A stretch of 32,000 nt of DNA, from NCBI RefSeq assembly GCF_000148385.1, contig NC_014537.1, positions 1,470,001-1,502,000 of the forward strand, in the 5' to 3' direction. Position numbers and translations under genes: made by a program. Below, in pieces: positions 1 through 6,497 of this stretch (position 1 is its first letter; the number at the start of each line of letters is the position of its first letter). Source of the stretch: Vulcanisaeta distributa DSM 14429 (GTDB taxonomy: Archaea; Thermoproteota; Thermoprotei; Thermoproteales; Thermocladiaceae). The notes under the pieces were generated by a model. That model was given only the letters and a program-made list of their open reading frames with translations, had not been told where the DNA came from and did no database searches.

Positions 1-1
1 G

Positions 2-517
2 GTTGCCGACTTAGTCGCCAAGGGCTATGTGGTTGCTTGGTACCAGGGTAGGGCTGAGCTTGGGCCAAGGGCACTCGGCAATAGATCCATTGTGGCTGAC
101 CCTAGGAGAGCCGACATGTGGAGGGTGGTAAATAACATTAAGGGCCGTGAGTGGTGGAGACCACTCGCCCCATCACTACTCGTTGAAGATGCCAGTAAGT
201 ACTTCATTGATCCGGTGCCGCATCAATTCATGATACTGATGTTCAGGTTTAGGGAGGGAATGAAGGAAGTCGTGCCAGCCGTATACCACGTTGATGGGAC
301 TGCAAGGCCGCAGACGGTTGCCAAGGACGAGAACCCAACTTGGTACGAACTCATAAAGGCGTTTAAGGACATAACAGGCGAGGGAATAATACTGAACACA
401 AGCTTCAACCTAGCAGGAGAACCACTGGTGGAGACCCCACAGGACGCCTTGAAATCCTTCGCCCTCGGAGGACTAGACGCAATATACATACAGGGCTGGC
501 TAATAAGGAAGAGGTGA
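2..517 (+). CDS. Carbamoyltransferase (NodU/CmcH family), C-terminal part; the 5' end lies outside the window
   Basis: The frame is open from the window edge. VADLVAKGYVVAWYQGRAELGPRALGNRSIVADPRR, IKGREWWRPLAPSLL, HVDGTARPQTV and LNTSFNLAGEPLV match the conserved C-terminal motifs of this family as I recall them. Confidence 0.8.
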   Translation, partial: VADLVAKGYVVAWYQGRAELGPRALGNRSIVADPRRADMWRVVNNIKGREWWRPLAPSLLVEDASKYFIDPVPHQFMILMFRFREGMKEVVPAVYHVDGTARPQTVAKDENPTWYELIKAFKDITGEGIILNTSFNLAGEPLVETPQDALKSFALGGLDAIYIQGWLIRKR

Positions 518-519
518 GG

Positions 520-1530
520 TTAATCCCCTTCTTTTAGCGTTCTTCTCACGGCTTCTCTGTGTAGTGGTGTTTGCCAGGCTAGGTCTTTTCCTATCCCTAG
601 TTCTGGGTCTTTTTGTGGTGGCGGTTCCCCTGTCCAGTACCATGGGTCTCTCCACTCCGGTATTTCCATGATTAGGTTTTGCTCGATTAGTTTATTCATG
701 AGTGGTATGCCGTCCCTGGTCATGAGTGTGTCTGGGTCTTCAATTGCCTTAATTAGTAATTGCCTCTCTCCATTGCTTAGTGATGCTGTGAATGTCTTGA
801 GGTTTTTGCTCATTATTAGGTCGCTGATTACCTTCTCGGTATCCCAACCAGCCCTGTATAGTTCCACCAGCATCTTTGGGTTTCCACCTGTGATTCTCCA
901 AATAACGTCGAAGTTAGGCTTATCGCCGGGTAATTGATTGTATAACTGCTTGAATCCCTCCCTCGGCATGTTCCACATGGGCCTCATGTCTGCCCATCTG
1001 TGGCGCTCAATCTCGCGTCTCGAAACTCCCTCACTCGTGGCTACCACCGCAATGACTATGTCGTATGTCCTTGGCGGGTATTCAATCAAACCCAGCAGGC
1101 CCTTCACGTAAATCGCCGCCTTGTCTAGACCTATTGCCTGGAACACGTCGTCGGCCAGTACCGCCACCTTCTTTGCGCCTGCCTTCATGATTTCCTTAGC
1201 AATGTCCACCACGGCCCATGCAACCCTCACCCAGGTATCGGCCGTGGCTTCCCTGAGTATTTCCATTAGCCTTGCCTTGACATCTGTTATTCCGGTTTCC
1301 GCCATTACCTCCTTCTCGACTGGATTTACATAAACCACATCGAAGCTCAACTCCTTAAGTAACTCAACGGATTGTTTTAGCCATGTCGTTTTCCCACAAC
1401 CCTCAGGTCCATAAACTACCTGAACCGGGTATGTACCCTTATCGGCCTATTCCTTAACACGTCTCATTATTAGGTCTCTGTCCACTAACTCGACCGCTAG
1501 ATTTGCGAAGTTTAGCTTGATCCTTCTCAC
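520..1530 (-). pseudogene. Archaeal ATPase family (Arch_ATPase-like P-loop NTPase) interrupted by an in-frame TAG
   Basis: Track ORF 520..1350 continues upstream in the same frame through VVYGPEGCGKTTWLKQSVELLKE (Walker A at 1384-1410). It then reaches a GTG at 1528-1530 (VRRIKLNFANLAVELVDRDLIMRRVKE). The only interruption is TAG at 1447-1449, and without the upstream part the protein lacks its P-loop. Confidence 0.7.
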
Positions 1531-2006
1531 TGTGTTTGATAGGTTGTTCTTTGTTTATTTTTCTTTCCTGTCTTAGGTTTTGGTGTCGTCATGTTCCTTA
1601 GTGTAGTTATTGATGCGTGGTTTCATGTATTTGCCATTCTATTACCGCTCCGTATATTGTGCATGTGTTCAGTTCTTGGCTCTCCTGTGTCTCCTTGTCC
1701 GTGTTCACGTCAACGGCCAGGCTTCTCAGTCGTTCATTAAGCACCATCTATAGTCACAAACTCACATAAACCTCAAATATAGAATATTATTTTAAAATGG
1801 ATTTCGTTTGGTTCATGTCCATGATTTTTCGTTATGTGGTACGTGCTGTGTCTGAAGCAGATGGTAGGTATGGTTAAATCCTTAATAGGTGTCAGATTAC
1901 TGGGTTCGATGATGACAAAGCTTTATTGGTATTTAATAACTTGGTGAATGGGATCAGTGGTATAGTGGAGCTTTATCATCCTGTTGCGCCCTGATACTTA
2001 CTTGGG

Positions 2007-2324
2007 TTATGACTTATAATAGTTGCAGTATCGCTTTATGGTTTTGTCCTTTGTGGTGGGTATTACGGTGATGATCTTTATCTTCTTGCCATTATACTTG
2101 ATGGGTGTGTAGATTATGATAACCATAACATTACTGCATTTATTGATGGGCATGCATAATATACGTTGATTGTTACGGGCATTTACGTACTCTCCGTTGC
2201 ATGCATGTTCTATTGCCTTTATGATTTCCTGCTCAAAGTCGTCAATACAGACTCCACTGGACTTAAGTTCATAAATCCTTAATCGTAATCTCTGTTCAGC
2301 ATGAAACGTTAATTCACACATCAT
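2007..2324 (-). CDS. DUF4258-like small protein (putative toxin component)
   Basis: The N-terminal LTFHAEQRLRLR resembles the HA..R...R signature of DUF4258. The C-terminal VMVIIIY...KIKIITVIPT beta-strand pattern also fits. It is the last gene of a tightly packed 3-gene operon, 1 nt from the upstream gene. Confidence 0.45.
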   Translation of the reverse strand: MMCELTFHAEQRLRLRIYELKSSGVCIDDFEQEIIKAIEHACNGEYVNARNNQRILCMPINKCSNVMVIIIYTPIKYNGKKIKIITVIPTTKDKTIKRYCNYYKS

Positions 2325-2325
2325 T

Positions 2326-2736
2326 TCATCGCCAGAATACTGACCAATTGAGTATTATACATGGTGAGCCGAATTGGTCCCTATAGTCTGGATAGAAGGA
2401 TATGTTCGTTGGTTTGATTATAACCTCCTTCTCATCACCATCGCTTAACTTAAGCTTTAAGACGCCATCATTAATAACTTCGATTCTCTCGGCCTTGGCT
2501 GGTCGGCTCATTATAACGGTTGGGTTGCATTGGGGGCCTGGTCTTGGCTTATTGGTTTTAGTTGAGACTATCACGTTTACCCATATTGAGTAGTTATTCT
2601 CGTACTTGAGGACCTTAAGCACCACCGGTAGTGCTGTAATGGTTAACTCTTCGTCGTCGACTAAGGCCTTGATTACCATGGGCTTCATTGAGGTTATTTC
2701 GAAGTCTAAGTCGAGGTAATTATACATTAGGACCAC
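2326..2736 (-). CDS. Hypothetical protein (136 aa, beta-rich), middle gene of the 3-gene operon
   Basis: The ORF abuts both neighbours: its start is directly adjacent to the upstream stop, and there is a 1-nt gap downstream. I recognise no family. The C-terminal GVLKLKLSDGDEKEVIIKP weakly resembles a DUF2283-type strand pattern. Confidence 0.5.
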   Translation of the reverse strand: MVLMYNYLDLDFEITSMKPMVIKALVDDEELTITALPVVLKVLKYENNYSIWVNVIVSTKTNKPRPGPQCNPTVIMSRPAKAERIEVINDGVLKLKLSDGDEKEVIIKPTNISFYPDYRDQFGSPCIILNWSVFWR

Positions 2737-3012
2737 TTATACGGCAGGCCCTACCCTAACCCTACTTATGAAGCGTGCTAAGTCCTTGTCTTCGGGCTCG
2801 ATACTTATGTACACCAGCCTACCCTCCTCATCAATGCCAACAGTGATGAGGGCCAAGCCCTCCTCAGACTTAACGGGTGACCTATCGCTGAGAATTATCA
2901 ACACATTACCAAACTCCCTATCAATACTCACTTGGATGGGCGGTGGAGTGGGGTAGGGGTAGTTACCCAATCCTTGGGCTACGCCACCGGGGTTACCGAG
3001 ACTAATGGACAT
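2737..3012 (-). CDS. DUF2283-like small protein (putative antitoxin-like partner)
   Basis: VSIDREFGNVLIILSDRSPVKSEEGLALITVGIDEEGRLVYISIE resembles the DUF2283 (YuzE-like) pattern D..a..l.i.ls........e.......d.d.eG.lvgIei. It is the first gene of the operon. Confidence 0.45.
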   Translation of the reverse strand: MSISLGNPGGVAQGLGNYPYPTPPPIQVSIDREFGNVLIILSDRSPVKSEEGLALITVGIDEEGRLVYISIEPEDKDLARFISRVRVGPAV

Positions 3013-3480
3013 ACTAGATAATGAACTTAATCCGAAATAAATACTTTATCCATCATCGATGGTCAATTCATTGTATCATGAACCGAGGAGCACAATGAAG
3101 GATGAAACCTAAGCAAGGAAAAGGCGATGTGAAAGCCGCAGGTACTGCCGTCAATAAATCCGAATCCTAAGCCCTCTTCAGCACTTGGCTTCACGGCGCT
3201 GTGAAGCAGGCTTAACTATGGATGCCTAATCTTACTTTCCCATAAATGCTCATCAACATTTTAATCGGCTCTACGAGATCCTTGGGCCTGTGCTTGCCCC
3301 TGCTCAATGCCTTGAGTACATGGGTAGTTCCAGGTCTATTGAGGGTCATTAAGGGCTGTTCTCTAAGTCTTGGTGCTTTAGGTGTTTTTAATTGCTTTTG
3401 TATACTTTTTAGTGCTATTAGGCGTGCCGATGCCGTGTGCCTGTCTAAGTCCCAGAAAATTATAAGTCTTTGAAGTTGTA

Positions 3481-3620
3481 AGCCCTTTGGTGACCTCGGG
3501 GGTTCCGAGAGCCGCAGGGCCGTGAGTCACTGCGGTGAGGGGCTCCGAGCGGAAGCGTGACGAACCACCTACCGTGATTGACTACTTCTAATCGCGGTAG
3601 GCTGGGAACGCTTTGGCTTA
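3481..3620. ncRNA. GC-rich island, candidate structured RNA of unknown class (strand undetermined)
   Basis: By hand count it is about 61% G+C over 140 nt, against about 28-38% in the flanks. It contains hairpins CCGCAG(3512-3517)/CTGCGG(3530-3535) and CCTACCG(3568-3574)/CGGTAGG(3595-3601). No ORF with a start codon explains it. Confidence 0.25.
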
Positions 3621-3680
3621 TTTTAGATCGGTTGAAATTTAAGTAGATTTAGTGCTATAATCGCTTGGTTTGGTTTAATT

Positions 3681-3896
3681 ATGAGCTTAGTTATCGGGCG
3701 GGGTTTAGGCGAGTTGGAATTTCAGGAGTTGAATAGGAGGTTGATTTATGCGTTGTTCAGGCGTGGTGCTGTTGTTCTTGAGTCGTTGAGGGATTGTGTT
3801 GGTGAGGACTGTGTGACATTGGCTAGTGAGGTTATGCGTGATGTTGATGCTGACATTAATTACATCATTGGCAGGATTAGTGATAGGGGGCTGTGA
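3681..3896 (+). CDS. Hypothetical small protein (71 aa), possible wHTH/antitoxin-like
   Basis: It is the first ORF of a coupled cassette, and its stop overlaps the next start (GTGA at 3893-3896). ELNRRLIYALFRRGAVVLESLRDCVG looks helix-turn-helix-like, which is weak evidence. Confidence 0.45.
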   Translation: MSLVIGRGLGELEFQELNRRLIYALFRRGAVVLESLRDCVGEDCVTLASEVMRDVDADINYIIGRISDRGL

Positions 3897-4390
3897 TTGA
3901 TGTGGTTGTTGATGGCGCAAAGATTATTCATTCAGTACTTAGTGCGTTTGCTGGGTATGGTTTATTGAGTACTGATTTTAAGGTGATGCTTGAGGAGCTT
4001 AGGATTAGTGATAATGATGATAATGGTACAAAGATTAGAAAGGCGCTTAATCTATATAGGAGCTTGGGCGGTATTTTCATGCATATGGCTTGCAGGGCTC
4101 ATTACAAGGGTATTAGGGTTGGGAGTATGCTCATTGATAAGTACCTATTACTTCTGGGTATGGCCATTGATAATGCCCTCATTAATGAGTTCAATAATGC
4201 GAAGCATCTCTTGGCTGCAGCATACTTGGCTCTTTACGGTAAGGAGACTGAGGCAAGCATTGTGCTTAAGGATGTGGGGTTTAATTACGATGCAGTTGAT
4301 GCGTTCTTAGGAGCATGTGCTATATTTTCGGAAATGTACGAGCATGGAATACGATTCACGGAAGATGATTTAAATGAGGAATTAGGATGA
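3893..4390 (+). CDS. Hypothetical all-helical protein (165 aa)
   Basis: The ORF overlaps both neighbours by 4 nt (GTGA upstream, ATGA downstream). I recognise no family. Confidence 0.5.
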   Translation: MIDVVVDGAKIIHSVLSAFAGYGLLSTDFKVMLEELRISDNDDNGTKIRKALNLYRSLGGIFMHMACRAHYKGIRVGSMLIDKYLLLLGMAIDNALINEFNNAKHLLAAAYLALYGKETEASIVLKDVGFNYDAVDAFLGACAIFSEMYEHGIRFTEDDLNEELG

Positions 4391-4964
4391 GTGCGTTATT
4401 CATCGATACAAGTATCCTCGTTGAATATTACCTGTGCACACACGATACAAAGTACCTAAATGAGCATTATGCATCTTGTACCTTATTGATAAACACCGTC
4501 TTTAAAATCTTGGAAATATGGTAATAAGTGGCTTAGTTAAGAGGGAGTTTCTATTAAAGCTTGTTGACAGAGCCGTTGAATCTGTCGTGATTACAGTTCC
4601 AATAAATCAAACACTTGAGGATTACGTGGATTACTTGACCGATGGCGTTATTTCAAGTCTTAAAATAAAAGTCATCAATACGGATAATAAAATCCTAGAT
4701 ATTGTATACCAATTGTATGGCATTGTCAAACAGCTAGTTAAAGATGTTAAGAAAAAAGTGCTAAGGGCCTTAGATAGGGATGCCATTAATGCGGTTCATG
4801 CCAGTATGATTAATGCCACATTCATAACTAAGGACCATTCATTCGTTGATGCTCTGAAAAAGTTATCTAATAATGTTAATTGCAATGAGAGTGTGATGCC
4901 TGATTTACGTATTATGAATTGTTCATTAACAATAATGCTGGGTACCACGCAATTAAAAATATAG
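4387..4964 (+). pseudogene. PIN-domain (VapC-like) gene split by a frameshift at an A4 run
   Basis: Frame 1 from ATG 4387 gives MSALFIDTSILVEYYL, a PIN N-terminal strand with the first Asp, and stops at 4522-4524. Frame 3 ORF 4518..4964 carries DRDAINAVHASMINATFITKDHSF, the PIN third and fourth acidic residues. Adding one A to the AAAA run at 4504-4507 fuses them into one ORF of about 193 aa. Confidence 0.55.
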
Positions 4965-5297
4965 GTAATGCTCCTTGTGAACCCTACTATAACTAAGGAG
5001 TAGAGATACGCCGTTGCCACTATGATCCTCAATACTAAATATCCGTAAAAACGTCGTACTTTATTAACCTACCCTCATTGTGCTCAAGCCAAACCCTCAC
5101 TACATCCGGGTCTAAACTTTGCTCCGTGAAATCACAAACGTGTAGGTAGTTAGTCGTGCCCTAGGATTTACTGAACCAATTACTAAGTTCATTCAGTGGA
5201 TCTCCTAAGTTCTGTAGCCATCTCTACCCATTCTCAAGGGTATTTGGTTCATTACCGTTATATGAAGCATTTTTATCTTTAGGGTTTAATCTTTGTT

Positions 5298-5696
5298 ATG
5301 CGTTCTTACCAGCGTTGGGTTGATTGGCTAGATGAGGCTAGGGATGATTTAGATGCGGCAATTGATTTAATGAGGCTTGGTAGGTACTCAAAGGCTTGCT
5401 ACTTTGCTCAGCAGGCTGCCAAGAAGGCGCTTAAGGCTCTTTTAATTAAGAGGTTGAATCGTTATGAGCATACGTACAGCGTTAGGGAGTTACTTGAGAT
5501 ACTTAGGAATAATGGTGTTGATGTTGGTAATGATTTGATTAGGATTGGTGATGAGCTCGATAGGTACTACGTACCAACACGATATCCCAATGCATGGCCT
5601 TCAGGTGCACCGCATAAGCATTACACAGAGGAGGATGCCAGAAGGGCCGTAGATCACGCGAGTAGGGTGGTGGGTTTTGTTGAGTCGAATCTATGA
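5298..5696 (+). CDS. HEPN domain protein (MNT-associated type)
   Basis: The supporting segments are ARDDLDAAIDLMRLGRYSKACYFAQQAAKKALKALL, EHTYSVRELL and YYVPTRYPN. It overlaps the downstream nucleotidyltransferase gene by 20 nt. Confidence 0.85.
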   Translation: MRSYQRWVDWLDEARDDLDAAIDLMRLGRYSKACYFAQQAAKKALKALLIKRLNRYEHTYSVRELLEILRNNGVDVGNDLIRIGDELDRYYVPTRYPNAWPSGAPHKHYTEEDARRAVDHASRVVGFVESNL

Positions 5697-6042
5697 GGTT
5701 GCGAGGAGAAACAACATTAAGGACCCAAACCAATTAGTACAGGCAATTAACAAAGCCATTAATGGCCTGAACCCCATTGCTGCCTTCATAATTGGTTCGT
5801 TGGCCCGTGGTGAGTTCGTGATGGGTATGAGTGACATAGACCTGGTGGTCATAGTGAGTGATGAGCCACAATTTAGGGCTAAGGTAATTGGGTCACCATT
5901 GGGTGATGTAGAGGTTGTGGTATTCACGCTCGACGAATTCTGTAAATACCATATGGATAACAACATTATGCTTGAATCATTAAGAATCGGCATACCAATC
6001 ATAGGCGACCCAGAGGATCTAATGAAGCAGTGTAAGCAATGA
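5677..6042 (+). CDS. Minimal nucleotidyltransferase (MNT), partner of the HEPN protein
   Basis: GSLARGEFVMGMSDIDLVVIV matches the GS-x-RG...D-x-D pol-beta nucleotidyltransferase signature. The start is TTG at 5677 or 5680. Confidence 0.85.
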   Translation: MLSRIYEVARRNNIKDPNQLVQAINKAINGLNPIAAFIIGSLARGEFVMGMSDIDLVVIVSDEPQFRAKVIGSPLGDVEVVVFTLDEFCKYHMDNNIMLESLRIGIPIIGDPEDLMKQCKQ

Positions 6043-6056
6043 ACGGCGACCCCACC

Positions 6057-6120
6057 ATTAGGGCAGGTTTGCTCAATGACCGTTTGCGTTACTAATCATT
6101 AGTAACTAAATAAGTAAAAT
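6057..6120. repeat. Inverted-repeat copy A (partner at 10025-10088), containing a degenerate 23-bp palindrome at 6086-6108
   Basis: In a hand alignment to the reverse complement of 10039-10088, 46 of the first 50 positions are identical (ATTAGGGCAGGTTTGCTCAATGACCGTTTGCGTTACTAATCATTAGTAAC). Similarity continues, with small indels, for about 14 more nt. Confidence 0.75.
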
Positions 6121-6151
6121 GGATTCCCAGGGAGCTTTGCATGGAGAAAGG

Positions 6152-6183
6152 TTTATAAAAGCGTTACCAATTATTGGTAACGC
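6152..6183 (+). promoter_or_regulatory. TATA box (TTTATAAAA, 6152-6160) followed by a perfect 23-bp palindromic operator candidate (6161-6183)
   Basis: GCGTTACCAAT T ATTGGTAACGC is a perfect 11+1+11 palindrome lying between the TATA box and ATG 6185. A purine-rich BRE-like AGAAAG precedes the TATA box. Confidence 0.55.
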
Positions 6184-6184
6184 A

Positions 6185-6493
6185 ATGGGTCAGAGACCGG
6201 AGGTTCCCCTGTTTGGTTTGGCGAGGTTGCTTGAGGTTATTGAGGAGTTTGAGTCTCGTAAGGGTCGTGACCCCTATACCCGTGAGCTGCTTGGTTACCT
6301 GCGTATGTGGGGTTATGGTGAGGACCTGCTACTCTTGGCTTGGGATTTAGGGCTTGTTGAGAGGTATGATGATTATTGCGACCCCAGGACCCAAAGGATT
6401 TGTAGGTTTAATAGGGTTAGTAAGAGAGGTCATGAGTTCCTGAGGCATTATAGGGCCTTAATGAGACTTCTTGGTCGGTCTGACGGTGATTAG
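6185..6493 (+). CDS. Small winged-helix DNA-binding protein (102 aa), putative autoregulator
   Basis: LLLLAWDLGLVERYDDYCDPRTQRICRFNRVSKRGHEFL has the recognition helix, wing and trailing-helix pattern of MarR/ArsR/TrmB-like wHTH proteins. I chose the start at the internal ATG because the TATA box and palindrome occupy the longer-ORF extension (6119-6184). Confidence 0.6.
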   Translation: MGQRPEVPLFGLARLLEVIEEFESRKGRDPYTRELLGYLRMWGYGEDLLLLAWDLGLVERYDDYCDPRTQRICRFNRVSKRGHEFLRHYRALMRLLGRSDGD

Positions 6494-6497
6494 CGAT

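Noticed and set aside
1608-1748. 46-aa minus-strand ORF (MVLNERLRSLAVDVNTDKETQE...) with a TATA-like element about 30 nt upstream
   Set aside because: It is too short, I recognise no family, and a single promoter-like AT-rich motif in AT-rich DNA is weak evidence.
1906-1995. Possible C/D box sRNA (perfect ATGATGA at 1906-1912, CTGA near 1992)
   Set aside because: No D' box lies 12 nt after the C box, and there is no C' box. The C-to-D distance of about 86 nt is far from the archaeal 50-60 nt layout. The sequence is AT-rich and lacks a terminal stem.
3246-3473. 75-aa plus-strand ORF, and the 45-aa minus-strand ORF 3212-3349 opposite it
   Set aside because: The plus-strand ORF is Leu/Cys-rich with no recognisable features. 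The minus-strand ORF (MTLNRPGTTHVLKALSRGKHRPKDLVEPIK...) looks more protein-like but is too short for me to support as a gene. It is mentioned under the GC-island finding.
3481-3620. GC island as tRNA, split-tRNA half, SRP RNA, RNase P RNA or H/ACA sRNA
   Set aside because: I found no T-loop, no GGAAAGUCC-type CR-I motif, no convincing SRP helix-8 motif, and no ACA box at the right distance. It is too short and isolated for SRP RNA. Its class is left open rather than assigned.
4501-4524. Programmed -1 ribosomal frameshift joining the two PIN halves
   Set aside because: The zero-frame codons are GTC TTT AAA ATC, so no X-XXY-YYZ slippery heptamer is in phase. I see no downstream stimulatory structure. 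A simple indel in the A4 run is the more economical explanation.
6119-6184. 22-codon N-terminal extension of the wHTH ORF
   Set aside because: It contains the TATA box TTTATAAAA and the perfect palindrome, so the internal ATG 6185 fits a leaderless start. The choice is not proven, and transcription-start mapping would be needed.
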